From sequence record DRR378314_1434: a DNA stretch of 64,000 nucleotides; one strand, written 5' to 3'. Position numbers and translations under genes: made by a program. Below the pieces are notes generated by a model. The model was not told where the DNA came from. It did not search any database and saw only the letters and a program-made list of their open reading frames with translations. Below, in pieces: positions 1-10,036 of the stretch (position 1 is the stretch's first letter; every line of letters starts with the position of its first letter).

Positions 1-88
1 CAAGGAAGGTGACATCTACACCAACAAGATCGTTGGCGTGGCCCTGGAAAGTCACCAGGATGCCTATGCAAAAGACTGTAAACTGTAA
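1..88 (+). CDS. C-terminal fragment of a Liv/aromatic-acid-type ABC substrate-binding protein (partial)
   Basis: Frame from base 2 reads KEGDIYTNKIVGVALESHQDAYAKDCKL* (TAA 86-88). It lies directly upstream of LivH/M/G/F-type genes, and the DAYAxxC ending resembles benzoate/aromatic-type SBPs. Confidence 0.7.
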   Translation, partial: KEGDIYTNKIVGVALESHQDAYAKDCKL

Positions 89-97
89 ATTGTACCT

Positions 98-139
98 TCG
101 GGGCCCGGCAGCGGCGTAAAGCTGGCGCCGGGTCCCGAC
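98..139 (+). other. GC-rich intercistronic stem-loop after the SBP gene (probable mRNA-stabilising hairpin)
   Basis: Arms tcggggcccggc / gccgggtcccga form an inverted repeat with one G-U pair. There is no U-tract. Confidence 0.5.
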
Positions 140-160
140 CTTCCGAAAGACTTTAATTCA

Positions 161-1081
161 ATGACGTCAACACTTATCATTGAGCAGCTTCTAAACGGTT
201 TGCAGTTCGGGGTGATGCTGTTCCTGATGGCGGCTGGGCTGACCCTGGTGTTCGGGGTGATGGGCCTGATCAATCTGGCTCATGGGGCGCTCTACATGGT
301 TGGGGCTTTTGCCTGCGCTACGGTAGCGACCTGGACCGGCTCTTTCTGGCTGGGCCTTGCGGCAAGTCTGGTTGCGGCCGCTGCCGCCGGAGCAATTGTG
401 GAAATTGCCGTGATCCGCAGGCTTTACAAGCGGGATCATCTGGACCAGGTGTTGGCGACTTTTGCGCTTATTCTTATTTTCTCTGAGGGGACACGGTGGG
501 TTTTTGGCTCGTTTCCGTTATTCCTCAATGTGCCGGAAATCCTCTCCGGTCCGATCCTGTTGCCGGGCGGCCTGCACTATCCGCTGTACCGCTTTGCCTT
601 GATCGTGATTGGGTTTCTTGTGGCCATCGGGCTTTATCTGCTGATCACCAAAACCCGCCTTGGCATTCGCATTCGGGCGGGCGAGTCCGATCGCGATATG
701 ATTGCCGCACTGGGGATTGATATTCGCCTGCTCTACACGGTTGTGTTCGCTCTTGGGGCGGCGCTGGCCGGATTTGCCGGGGCGCTGGTTGGGGCCTTGC
801 AATCGGTGCAGGTCGGCATGGGTGAGCCGGTTTTGATCCTGGCTTTTGTGGTGATTGTGATCGGCGGGATCGGCTCCATTAAGGGGGCGCTGGTCGGCGC
901 CATACTGGTCGGGGTTGTTGATACACTGGGCCGGTTTTTATTGCCGCAGATGTTCAAACTATTCATGACCAATTCGGATGCAACGGCCGTCGGTTCGGCA
1001 CTGGCATCCATGCTGATTTATATTGTGATGGCAATTATTCTGGTGGTGAAACCAAAAGGACTATTCCCCGCAAATGGTTAA
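161..1081 (+). CDS. Branched-chain amino acid-type ABC transporter permease (LivH-like)
   Basis: LNGLQFG...AAGLTLVFGVMGLINLAHGA and VVIVIGGIGSIKGA motifs; highly hydrophobic. Confidence 0.92.
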   Translation: MTSTLIIEQLLNGLQFGVMLFLMAAGLTLVFGVMGLINLAHGALYMVGAFACATVATWTGSFWLGLAASLVAAAAAGAIVEIAVIRRLYKRDHLDQVLATFALILIFSEGTRWVFGSFPLFLNVPEILSGPILLPGGLHYPLYRFALIVIGFLVAIGLYLLITKTRLGIRIRAGESDRDMIAALGIDIRLLYTVVFALGAALAGFAGALVGALQSVQVGMGEPVLILAFVVIVIGGIGSIKGALVGAILVGVVDTLGRFLLPQMFKLFMTNSDATAVGSALASMLIYIVMAIILVVKPKGLFPANG

Positions 1082-2063
1082 GGTAAATGTTGAAAATACC
1101 CTGAACGGGGTTTTGGTGCTGGGACTGTTGATTTTTCCCTTTATCGCCATCCAGATGGATGAGCCCTTCTATGTGACCCTGTCGACCCGGGTGGCCATCT
1201 TGGCACTGGCCGGTGTGGGGCTTAATCTGGCATTGGGGCTGGGCGGGCTTGTGTCTTTCGGCCATGCCGCCTTTTTTGGGATTGGTGGCTACGCGCTTGG
1301 GATCCTCGCCAGTCACGCCCTTAATTACGAGCCGCTGATGACCTCACCATTTGAGCTGAACGGCACGACCCAGATGCTGATCCTCTGGCCCGTGGCGATT
1401 TTGGCAAGCGGTCTTGTGGCGCTGATTATCGGCTATTTCTCGCTGCGTACCAGCGGTGTCTATTTCATCATGATCACCCTGGCCTTTGCCCAGATGCTGT
1501 ATTATTTCAGCATTTCCTGGCCGGCATATGGGGGGGAGGATGGCCTGTCCATCTATGTGCGAAGCGAGTTTCCGGGGTTGAACACCCTGGATCCGATCCA
1601 ATTCTTCCTGATTTGTTTCGCGGCCTTGATGGCGGGACTGCTTCTGGTGGCGACCTTGAAAAACAGTCGGTTCGGTGCAGCCCTGCAAGCTGCCCGGCAA
1701 AACGAGGATCGCCTGGCGGCGGTGGGTATCAAAGCGTTTAACATCCGCCTGACGGCCTTTGTGATTTCCGCCATGATCACCGGATTTGCCGGGGCGCTGT
1801 TCGCCGATCTGAACCGCTTTGTCAGCCCTAACATGCTGTCCTGGCATACCTCGGGTGAGATCATGATTTTTGTCATTCTGGGAGGCGTCGGACGGTTGTT
1901 CGGTCCGGTCGCCGGTGCGGCGCTGTTCATTATTTTCGAGTTTATTTTTGGCGGACTGACCGAGCACTGGATGTTTTTCCTCGGGCTTGTCCTGCTGGCG
2001 GTGGTGCTGTTTGCCCGCGGCGGCCTGATCGGGTTCTTTGCCGGAAAGGAAAGCCATGACTGA
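1074..2063 (+). CDS. Branched-chain amino acid-type ABC transporter permease (LivM-like)
   Basis: GLVSFGHAAFFGIG, LRTSGVYFIMITLAFAQ, GGEDGL and VILGGVGRLFGP motifs. Confidence 0.92.
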   Translation: MVKVNVENTLNGVLVLGLLIFPFIAIQMDEPFYVTLSTRVAILALAGVGLNLALGLGGLVSFGHAAFFGIGGYALGILASHALNYEPLMTSPFELNGTTQMLILWPVAILASGLVALIIGYFSLRTSGVYFIMITLAFAQMLYYFSISWPAYGGEDGLSIYVRSEFPGLNTLDPIQFFLICFAALMAGLLLVATLKNSRFGAALQAARQNEDRLAAVGIKAFNIRLTAFVISAMITGFAGALFADLNRFVSPNMLSWHTSGEIMIFVILGGVGRLFGPVAGAALFIIFEFIFGGLTEHWMFFLGLVLLAVVLFARGGLIGFFAGKESHD

Positions 2064-2814
2064 TCCGTCACCTGTCATCCTGCAAATTGCGGGACTGAAC
2101 AAAACCTTCGGCGCGCTGAAAGCCACCGATGATGTCTCCCTTGATCTGCGGCAGGGTGAAATCCACGCGCTCATTGGCCCCAACGGTGCGGGAAAATCCA
2201 CCCTGATCAAGCAGATCTGCGGGGAGATTGAACCGGATTCTGGCCGTATTCACTTTGAAGGACGGAATCTGGACGGACTTGGCGTTGCGGACCGGGCGCA
2301 GGCAGGTCTTGGACGGACGTTTCAGGTCTCTTCTTTGGCGCTGGAATTCTCAGCGCTGCGCAACGTCATGCTGGCCATTCAGGCCAAATCCGGCAGTAGC
2401 TTTCGGTTCTTTAAGCCAGTAATGAAAGACCGAACCCTGATCGAGGCCGCGCAAGCCATGCTGGCGCGGGTGGACTTATTGGGGCGTCAAAACGTTCCGG
2501 CTGCGGAATTATCTCATGGGGAGCGCCGGAAACTGGAAATTGCCATTGCCCTGGCGCTGAAACCAAAGGCGTTTCTGCTGGATGAGCCGATGGCGGGCAT
2601 GGGGCCGGAGGGATCAAAGCAACTGACCGGTTTTCTGGCAGAGTTAAAAACCGAGGCCCCTATTTTGCTGGTGGAGCATGATATGGACGCGGTGTTTGCG
2701 CTGGCGGATCGGATTTCCGTGCTGGTTTATGGCAGCGTTGTGGCCACGGGAACGGTGGATGAGATTCGTAACAACCCCATCGTTCGCGAAGCCTATCTGG
2801 GAGAGGAAGCATGA
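2056..2814 (+). CDS. ABC transporter ATP-binding protein (LivG-like)
   Basis: Walker A GPNGAGKST, LSHGERR signature, LLDEP, VEHDM, C-terminal EAYLG. ATG 2056 follows an AAGGAAA RBS. Confidence 0.92.
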   Translation: MTDPSPVILQIAGLNKTFGALKATDDVSLDLRQGEIHALIGPNGAGKSTLIKQICGEIEPDSGRIHFEGRNLDGLGVADRAQAGLGRTFQVSSLALEFSALRNVMLAIQAKSGSSFRFFKPVMKDRTLIEAAQAMLARVDLLGRQNVPAAELSHGERRKLEIAIALALKPKAFLLDEPMAGMGPEGSKQLTGFLAELKTEAPILLVEHDMDAVFALADRISVLVYGSVVATGTVDEIRNNPIVREAYLGEEA

Positions 2815-3500
2815 CTGATCTTCTGAGCGTCACAGGATTGGAGACCTTCTACGGCCAGTCCCAGGCCCTTTTTGGCGTGGATTTGACCGTCGGCGAGGGG
2901 GAAGTTGTGGCCTTGATGGGTCGAAACGGAATGGGCAAAACAACGACGATAGCCTCCATCTGCGGGTTGGAAAGTGCGGCGGCGGGTCAGGTGATTTTCA
3001 AGGGGCAGGACCTGAGGGGAACGCCGTCTTTTAAAGTTGCCCGGCTGGGGATCGGACTGGTGCCGGAGGGGCGCCGCTGTTTTCCAAACCTGACCGTTTA
3101 TGAAAATCTGATTGCGGCGGCCCGTTCCGGTCAATGGAGTCTTGAGAAGGTTTATGACTTTTTCCCGCGGCTGAATGAGCGCAAAGATCAATATGCCAAT
3201 ACCCTGTCCGGCGGGGAGCAGCAGATGCTGGCCATTGGCCGTGCGTTGATGACCAATCCGGATCTGTTGATGCTGGATGAAGCGACAGAAGGGTTGGCAC
3301 CGGTGATCCGCCAGGAAATCTGGCAGGCGGTTCGTAATCTGAAGTCAACGGGCCAGTCGATCCTGATTGTCGATAAAACCCTGTCGGAATTACTGCCTAT
3401 TGCCGATCAGTGTTTCATTCTGGAAAAAGGGGTGACGGTCTGGTCGGGAAAACCGGACAGCCTGACCAGCAACCTTGAAGACCGGTATTTGGGGGTTTAA
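2811..3500 (+). CDS. ABC transporter ATP-binding protein (LivF-like)
   Basis: GRNGMGKTT, VPEGRRCF, LSGGEQQMLAIGRALM, LDEATEGLAP; ATGA overlap with the previous gene. Confidence 0.92.
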   Translation: MTDLLSVTGLETFYGQSQALFGVDLTVGEGEVVALMGRNGMGKTTTIASICGLESAAAGQVIFKGQDLRGTPSFKVARLGIGLVPEGRRCFPNLTVYENLIAAARSGQWSLEKVYDFFPRLNERKDQYANTLSGGEQQMLAIGRALMTNPDLLMLDEATEGLAPVIRQEIWQAVRNLKSTGQSILIVDKTLSELLPIADQCFILEKGVTVWSGKPDSLTSNLEDRYLGV

Positions 3501-3502
3501 GG

Positions 3503-3922
3503 ATGGTCCATTATTCCTTGACCCGCAAAGTCCAGTTTCAGCATTGCGATCCTGCCGGGATTGTGTTTTATCCCCGCTATTTCGAGATGGTCAATTCAAC
3601 GGTGGAAACCTGGTTTGAAGAGGACCTGGGCGCGTCTTACGCCGATATTCATATGAACCGGGACCTGGCAGTGCCAACGGTTCATATTGAAACCGATTTC
3701 AAGGCCCCCAGCCGGTTGGGTGATCTGCTGGTGCTGGAGCTGGAAATTGTCAAGCTGGGCGGCAGCAGCCTGAAACTGTTCATCCGGTGCCGCTGCGATG
3801 AGCAGATCCGCTTTACCGCTGACTTGACGCTGGTGTGTGTTCATATTTCTGATATTAGTCCAAAACGCTGGCCCGATGATATTCGTGCGGCCATTGAAAA
3901 AAGAGTGAAAGAAACCCCATGA
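3503..3922 (+). CDS. 4-hydroxybenzoyl-CoA-type (hot-dog fold) acyl-CoA thioesterase
   Basis: CDPAGIVFYPRYFEM motif typical of 4HBT/YbgC thioesterases. Confidence 0.88.
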   Translation: MVHYSLTRKVQFQHCDPAGIVFYPRYFEMVNSTVETWFEEDLGASYADIHMNRDLAVPTVHIETDFKAPSRLGDLLVLELEIVKLGGSSLKLFIRCRCDEQIRFTADLTLVCVHISDISPKRWPDDIRAAIEKRVKETP

Positions 3923-4317
3923 CCTTAGAAATTATTCATCCAGAAGGCTGGAAAACAGCCAAAGGCTATGCCAATGGTATGGCGGCCAGCGGCGGGCGAA
4001 CTGTGTATGTGGGCGGGCAGATTGGCTGGAACAAGGATCAGGTGTTCGAAACACAGGATTTCATTGGCCAGTTTGAACAGACGTTGAAAAATGTGCTGGC
4101 GGTTGTTGAAGCCGCAGGCGGTAAGGCTGAACATATTGCCCGGCTCACCTGGTATATTACGGATAAAGCTGAATACCTGGCGCGCCAGCGCGAGTGCGGG
4201 GAAGCTTATCGCCGGGTTATGGGACGGCATTTTCCGGCCATGGCCGTGGTCCAGGTTGTTGCGCTGATGGAAGATGAAGCGCAAATCGAGATTGAGGCCA
4301 CAGCCATTGTGCCATAA
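3919..4317 (+). CDS. RidA/YjgF/UK114 family protein
   Basis: GYANG, VGGQIGW, FPAMAVVQVVAL and EIEATA motifs; ATGA-coupled to the thioesterase. Confidence 0.88.
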   Translation: MTLEIIHPEGWKTAKGYANGMAASGGRTVYVGGQIGWNKDQVFETQDFIGQFEQTLKNVLAVVEAAGGKAEHIARLTWYITDKAEYLARQRECGEAYRRVMGRHFPAMAVVQVVALMEDEAQIEIEATAIVP

Positions 4318-4321
4318 ACTT

Positions 4322-6196
4322 TCAGGTGGACAGGGTTTGCGGTGGTTTTTCCGGTGTGGCGTAAAGCTGTTCCGCCGTTAAAGCCTTCGCATCGTCTGAG
4401 ATATATCTGGGAAGCGTGATCAGCAGGGTTGTCCCCTTGCCCGGCCGGCTTTTCAGTTTAAGGCTGCCGCCCAGGATATTTGTGACCATGTTATGGACAA
4501 TACTGAGCCCCAGTCCGGTTCCATCTTCATGTGCCCTGGTGGTATAAAAAGGCTCAAACACCATGGCCTGTTTATCCACAGGGATCCCCAGACCATCATC
4601 GGTTATTTTGAGCTGTATATGGGATAGTGGCTTTTCTGGGTCTGGTATGGCGCTGAGCAGAATACGACCGGACTGATCTTTTCGAAAGGCGTGCTTTCGG
4701 GCGTTTTCAATCAGATTGATGACCGTTTGGGTAATCGCCGCAGGGTAACTGTCCATGGCAAGATTTCCGGAAAAGTTCTGAATCAAATCGATATTTTCTT
4801 TTTCCAGCATCTGCTGCAGGGACGCGGAGACGTTTTTCAAATACCGTCCCAGATTAAATTTCTGGCGCTGAATGTTTGTCTGATGGTTTGCTGTCTGGCG
4901 AAAGTTGTTCAACAGATCGCTTGCCCGCGCTATATTTTTTTCGATGATGCTGGTGCCGGAGGATAAGGAATTCAGAAAATTATCCAGGGTATTGCGATCA
5001 ATTTCCGAAGCCAGCACGGCTTTTTTGAAATCCTCTGCCGTATCCTTCAAGGTTGAACTGGCAGAATAGACATTACCGATTGGGGTTTTCAGCTCATGCG
5101 CCACGCCGGCCACCAGCCGGCCAAGGGAGGCCATGCGTTCCTGCGCGAAATATTGCTTTTCAGTTTCCTTTTGTGCGATTTCCGCCTGTTGTCGGTTCAG
5201 AACTGCCCAATTGAGTAGGTAGGTCATGACAGCGCCAAAGAGAACCAAAAGAATGAGCAGGCCAAGGGCAAAAGGATCCAGTATGGACCAGAAGGTTGGC
5301 ACCGGTACTGAGTTTAGAAGAATGTAAGTGCCGCTATCAACAGTATTGGGTGAGAAGACCGTGTCATTGAGAACAGACTGGAGGTTCAGGCGTCGGGAGG
5401 TGTAATAATTTTCGTTTAATATGAAGCTATCGTTGGGTTTTTCCAAAAGTTTCTGCCAGAGGTTTGGCTGTATCTGCAGTAGGCTCATCTTGGGATTTAT
5501 TTGAAAGCCAAAGAGCTTTGCCGGTTCAACACCAGAGACCCAGTATCCGCGCGTGTTCAGTAATTCTGTTTTGATTTGTGGTTGAGGCCGGTTTTCAAAA
5601 TTGCCCAAGAGCTTCCCGATATCCAGATTAAAGATCAGATATCCAAGAAGACGATCGTCGGGGGAGTGAACCGGTGTGGAGAAGCGAACCGTTTTCAGCC
5701 AGGGTTGTTCGATTTCTCCCTGTTCCACATTCAGATCAATGGGGGACATATAAATCTCACCAAGCTTCAAGAGCTGGCTATGTTGAAAATAATAGCGAGT
5801 GGATTTGTTTTGTAATTGATCCTGAGGCAGATTGATCAGATCGTCACCCTGCCGCTCAATACGGATGATTTCCATGCCCCGAGTATTGAGAATTCGAAGC
5901 TGATAAATTTCAGGGTGTTTTTGACCCACCAGCATCAAATGATCTGCTGCAGCATGTTGATCTTGTTCCACATTTCGGATCAGCGACGTTCCCGCAGCAA
6001 TATTCAAGTAAAGGCCACTATTGCGAAACCAATCCGTGAAGGACTGGCTTTGCTGATCGAGTATCTGTTCGGCCTGTGCCGCGCGCTGATCAAAGCTGTT
6101 CTTTTGCTGGACCTTGATCCAACTGAACCAAAGCCCCACGCATAAGCACATGGCCAGAAAAATTGTGAGAAATGATTTTGCGCGGGAAATAAGCAT
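4322..6196 (-). CDS. Membrane sensor histidine kinase with a periplasmic Cache-like domain
   Basis: Two TM segments; H-box VAHELKTP, N-box NLIENARKHAF, G1 DDGLGI, FEPFYTT, G2 GTGLGL; periplasmic NKSTRYYF..SPIDLN.E motif. Confidence 0.9.
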   Translation of the reverse strand: MLISRAKSFLTIFLAMCLCVGLWFSWIKVQQKNSFDQRAAQAEQILDQQSQSFTDWFRNSGLYLNIAAGTSLIRNVEQDQHAAADHLMLVGQKHPEIYQLRILNTRGMEIIRIERQGDDLINLPQDQLQNKSTRYYFQHSQLLKLGEIYMSPIDLNVEQGEIEQPWLKTVRFSTPVHSPDDRLLGYLIFNLDIGKLLGNFENRPQPQIKTELLNTRGYWVSGVEPAKLFGFQINPKMSLLQIQPNLWQKLLEKPNDSFILNENYYTSRRLNLQSVLNDTVFSPNTVDSGTYILLNSVPVPTFWSILDPFALGLLILLVLFGAVMTYLLNWAVLNRQQAEIAQKETEKQYFAQERMASLGRLVAGVAHELKTPIGNVYSASSTLKDTAEDFKKAVLASEIDRNTLDNFLNSLSSGTSIIEKNIARASDLLNNFRQTANHQTNIQRQKFNLGRYLKNVSASLQQMLEKENIDLIQNFSGNLAMDSYPAAITQTVINLIENARKHAFRKDQSGRILLSAIPDPEKPLSHIQLKITDDGLGIPVDKQAMVFEPFYTTRAHEDGTGLGLSIVHNMVTNILGGSLKLKSRPGKGTTLLITLPRYISDDAKALTAEQLYATPEKPPQTLST

Positions 6197-6208
6197 AATA
6201 AAGGATAC

Positions 6209-8476
6209 TCAATGCGATAACTGGGAAAACCGGGCGGATGTTTTGGCGGTGAAATCTTTTTGATCCCAATATTTGACAAAATCCATCAGCTTTATGGATT
6301 CCAAGGGTTCTGAATACAGATATCCCTGCACCAGATCGCTGCCGATAAAGCTGACCAGGTGATGTTGTTCCAATGTTTCAATGCCTTCAGCGACCACGGT
6401 GAAGCCGTAGCTTTGGCCGATGGCCTGAACATAAGCCGCAATACTTTGGCGGGCGTTGGAGATGGACAGGGACTGAATAAAACTTTTATCGATCTTGAGC
6501 TCATCAATGGGGAGCCGTTCCAGATGCCCAAGGGATGAAAAACCCGTGCCAAAGTCATCCAGAGACAGGCTGTACCCGCGGGCTTTAAGTTCTGATAGCA
6601 TTTCCAGAGTTTTTTCCTCGTTCTCCAGAAGGCAGCTTTCGGTGATTTCAAAACTGATATGATTGGGTGAGAGTTTGTTTTTATCGATCCGGGACAACAG
6701 GATATTGATAAAGTCATTGGACTTGAAATCACTAAGCGACAGGTTTATTGCAATTTTGACCATAGGGAGTTTGTGCTTGTTATGTTCATCGAGAAATTCA
6801 CGAACAAAATCGAGCGCCTGTAAAGTGATATCCAAAGTCAAATTGCAGGTTTCGGCCAAGGGAATGAATGTACTGGGAGATATTTCCACCCCTTTCCAGT
6901 TCCAGCGGCAAAGAGCCTCCGCACTGACAATCCGGCCGGTTGAAAGCTCCAGCTTGGGTTGCAGGCTGAAACCAATTTGATGTTGGTGAACGGCATGGCG
7001 CAATGCCGATGTCAGGTGCACCCGTTCGGAAATTTCGTGATCCAGATCAGGATGATAGCAGTATGTTTTGCCCGGGTTTTGCTGCTCCGCAATCAGTAAG
7101 GTTGTCCGAACTGCCCGGTCCAAAGCCTCCGCTGTTTTTGGGACATCATCAGTATCCGCAAGCGCAATGGTGACATTCAGCAGAATGTGTTTGTTATCGA
7201 TTTCAAATGGGGCTTTAAACGCAGAGTTAAGGGTATCACCGGTGAGATGTTCTTTGTCCCCGACAAGGGCCAGGCAGGTGTTTTCCAGCTTGGCAACTTT
7301 AATCGAGGGGGCAAAGGATGCCCGCAAACGCTGGTAAACAGATTGTACCAGTTTGTCCATAAAATCAGAGCCGAACGCCGCCGCCATATGACCAGCGTCC
7401 CGAAGATGTATATGGGCGAGGCGGAAATGATCGTCTGAGCGATCAAGCCGGTGTTGAATGGATTTCAAATAAGCATTTTGGTTGGGAATGCCGGAGTGAA
7501 AATCCTGAAATGCCAGGGCATCCAGAGAGTGAATTAAGGTCAGGTTGTGGTAACAGACGGAGAGGCTGGATGCGAAGAGCTGCAACAGAGACGCGGTTTC
7601 GGGTCCGAACCGGTTTTCGTGCCTAAAATAGATAAGGAGGCCCGGCTGCTTCCCATCTTCACAGCGGATCAATAGATGGTTCGATCCAATATGGATGGTT
7701 TTGGACGTATTTATTTTGAGTTGTTCCAGAGTATCGATCCGTAAAACCTCGGTCAGGGGCTCACCAATATTTTCTGCAAAAGGGCCGATACCAGCCAAGA
7801 TTTTGAAAGCCGAAAGACCTTGATCGTTAGTTTCCATAGACTGGGCGCAGATGGCGGCAGAGGGGGTCAGTCTGGTTAAAGTTGCAATTTGAGTGAGGAT
7901 CCCTTCGGCAAATAGCTGAAGATTATTTTCGTTGTAGAGGGTTTCGATCCCATCGATGATTTTTTTGAGCCCCGTTTGGGTTGATTTCAGGGTTTGCAGA
8001 TGATCATAGGTCCGGATGGCCGTGGTCAGTGAGGTAACCAACCGGGAGCGGGATAATTCGTCTTTCAGATAATAATCATTGATTTCGTATTTCTGGATAA
8101 TTGCAGCTTCCGGCGCATAACCGGGTTGGCCAGTTCTGAGTATAATGCGCAGGTCAGCGAATCCCCGGGTTCTTATCCGGTCCACCAGTGTCAGGCCCGC
8201 GTTCGGATCTTCCATGACCACATCCAGAAGCATTACTGCTGTGTCTGTATTCTCGTCCAGCAGGCTTTCACCTTCGGCGGAGGAGTGTGCGGAAATCAGA
8301 TGTAGCTTTTGCCCAAGAATTTCCACACCCTGAAGGGCAAAGCGGGTTGCTTCATGGACATCCGGATCGTCATCCACGATCAGGATTTTCCACGCAGGAC
8401 CATCGCCAAGCGTTTGAGTTACATCACTATTATTTTGGGTTGTACTTTCTACAATCCTGATCACGCCATTGCTCAT
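6209..8476 (-). CDS. Response regulator with REC, DUF3369-like, degenerate GGDEF and EAL domains (probable c-di-GMP phosphodiesterase)
   Basis: KILIVDDD, LLDVVME and RIILRTGQPGYAPE; EAL-domain motifs AEAL, INLS, EITE, DDFGTGFSSL, KIDKSF, AEGIE and QGY are intact; the GGDEF position reads LENTC. Confidence 0.88.
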   Translation of the reverse strand: MSNGVIRIVESTTQNNSDVTQTLGDGPAWKILIVDDDPDVHEATRFALQGVEILGQKLHLISAHSSAEGESLLDENTDTAVMLLDVVMEDPNAGLTLVDRIRTRGFADLRIILRTGQPGYAPEAAIIQKYEINDYYLKDELSRSRLVTSLTTAIRTYDHLQTLKSTQTGLKKIIDGIETLYNENNLQLFAEGILTQIATLTRLTPSAAICAQSMETNDQGLSAFKILAGIGPFAENIGEPLTEVLRIDTLEQLKINTSKTIHIGSNHLLIRCEDGKQPGLLIYFRHENRFGPETASLLQLFASSLSVCYHNLTLIHSLDALAFQDFHSGIPNQNAYLKSIQHRLDRSDDHFRLAHIHLRDAGHMAAAFGSDFMDKLVQSVYQRLRASFAPSIKVAKLENTCLALVGDKEHLTGDTLNSAFKAPFEIDNKHILLNVTIALADTDDVPKTAEALDRAVRTTLLIAEQQNPGKTYCYHPDLDHEISERVHLTSALRHAVHQHQIGFSLQPKLELSTGRIVSAEALCRWNWKGVEISPSTFIPLAETCNLTLDITLQALDFVREFLDEHNKHKLPMVKIAINLSLSDFKSNDFINILLSRIDKNKLSPNHISFEITESCLLENEEKTLEMLSELKARGYSLSLDDFGTGFSSLGHLERLPIDELKIDKSFIQSLSISNARQSIAAYVQAIGQSYGFTVVAEGIETLEQHHLVSFIGSDLVQGYLYSEPLESIKLMDFVKYWDQKDFTAKTSARFSQLSH

Positions 8477-8843
8477 TTACCGCCCCTTTCTGAGGTCGTT
8501 TTGCAAAGGTACAGTCAGTCAATAGCCCCCCGAAAACTGGCTATTCTTGATTGATATGTAAATTTTCCATCCACCTATTCTTATATTAGTAGTTTCATTG
8601 GTGAAGTCAAAATGCAATAAAAAAATTACATTTAGTCGCATTTCAGTTAAGTTTACCGGGTCGGTGAAATGAGAGATTGATCACAGTTGAAGATGTTTGA
8701 AGCCCGGAACAAAAGCGGTTGTGCCAGATATCACTTGTTTGAGCGAAAACGAACCGTAATATTCAAAAGATATTTTAAAGTCGAAATTTGTCGGCGTCCG
8801 CGGACGGACTGATCCGGTTGTGATATGGTGATGGAGTGTTCCC

Positions 8844-10025
8844 ATGAGTTCTAAGTATAAGTATTTGCTCCTGGCGGCGAGCATGGGGTTTCTTGCTGCT
8901 TGTGAAGAGCAAGGCTCCTCTGCTGCCAGTCAATCGGCGGGATCCAAGCCGGCAGCAACCCAGGTTGGATATATTTCTGTGCAAGCACAGACCGTGAACC
9001 TTGTCTCGGAAATGCCAGGGCGGACCGTGGCTTACCGGAAGGCGGACGTTCGACCGCAAGTGGACGGCTTGATTAGAGAGCGGAACTTTACCGAAGGGAG
9101 TTTTGTGGAAGCGGGTCAGGCGCTGTATCTGATCAATCAGGATCGGTATCAGGCGGAACTGGATTCAACGCTGGCTAATTTGGCGAGTGAGCGGGCCAGT
9201 CTGGATCTGGCGATAAAGACCCGCACCCGGTATGAAAAACTTTTGAAATCCAAAGCGACGAGTGCTCAGGCATATGATGATGCAGTGGCCGCTGAAGCGC
9301 AAGGCAAGGCCAGTGTTGCGGCGGCGCGCGCAGCGGTTGATCGGGCGCGTATTGATTTGAACTACACCAAGGTGACAGCTCCGATTTCAGGTAAAATCGG
9401 GGCTTCATCCTATAGTGAAGGGGCGCTTGTGACAGCCAGCCAGTCCAATTCCCTGGCAACGATTACGCAGCTGGATCCGATTTACGTGGATGTGACGCAG
9501 GCTGGTGGCAAGTTGCTGCATTTGCAGGAGGCGATCTCTTCGGGTCGGGTTGAAGGTGTGCAGAAAGATGAAATCGAAGTTCGTCTTATCCTGGATGCAA
9601 CGGGGCAAGAATATCCGTTGAAAGGGAAGCTGCAATTTTCCGAGGTTACGGTAAATGAGACGACGGGAACTGTTCGTCTGCGGGCCGTTTTCCCAAATCC
9701 ACATCATGTGTTATTACCGGGTATGTTTGTCCGCGGATATGTCGGACAGGGACGGGTTGAGGGGGCGTTTCTAATCCCTCAAAAATCTGTCATGCGCGAT
9801 CAAAGCGGGGATGCGTATGTTTATGTGATCGACGCAGACACCAAAATTGCAAGCCGGGGCGTTCGGATCGAACAGGCGCAGGGTGAAAACTGGGTTGTGT
9901 CTGACGGCTTGCAAAGCGGGGACAAACTGGTTGTAGATGGCCTGCAGCGAATTGCGCCAGGGTCTTTGGTGGCACCAGTCGATACACTGGTCAAAGCCGC
10001 TGACACTGAAAAAACGGCAGGATAA
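8844..10025 (+). CDS. acrA: RND efflux periplasmic adaptor lipoprotein (AcrA/MexA family)
   Basis: Lipobox [27 protein letters not shown] and LLPGMFVR motifs. Confidence 0.9.
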   Translation: MSSKYKYLLLAASMGFLAACEEQGSSAASQSAGSKPAATQVGYISVQAQTVNLVSEMPGRTVAYRKADVRPQVDGLIRERNFTEGSFVEAGQALYLINQDRYQAELDSTLANLASERASLDLAIKTRTRYEKLLKSKATSAQAYDDAVAAEAQGKASVAAARAAVDRARIDLNYTKVTAPISGKIGASSYSEGALVTASQSNSLATITQLDPIYVDVTQAGGKLLHLQEAISSGRVEGVQKDEIEVRLILDATGQEYPLKGKLQFSEVTVNETTGTVRLRAVFPNPHHVLLPGMFVRGYVGQGRVEGAFLIPQKSVMRDQSGDAYVYVIDADTKIASRGVRIEQAQGENWVVSDGLQSGDKLVVDGLQRIAPGSLVAPVDTLVKAADTEKTAG

Positions 10026-10036
10026 GGGCGAACTTC

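Noticed and set aside
1344..2210. 288-aa antisense ORF, and similar ones at 10496-11116, 22524-23171, 29855-30487 and 51243-51881
   Set aside because: Typical antisense shadows of conserved transporter and enzyme genes.
8750..8765. Possible TetR-like palindrome upstream of acrA (cgaac-cgtaat-attca)
   Set aside because: Too imperfect, and there is no cognate regulator in the window.
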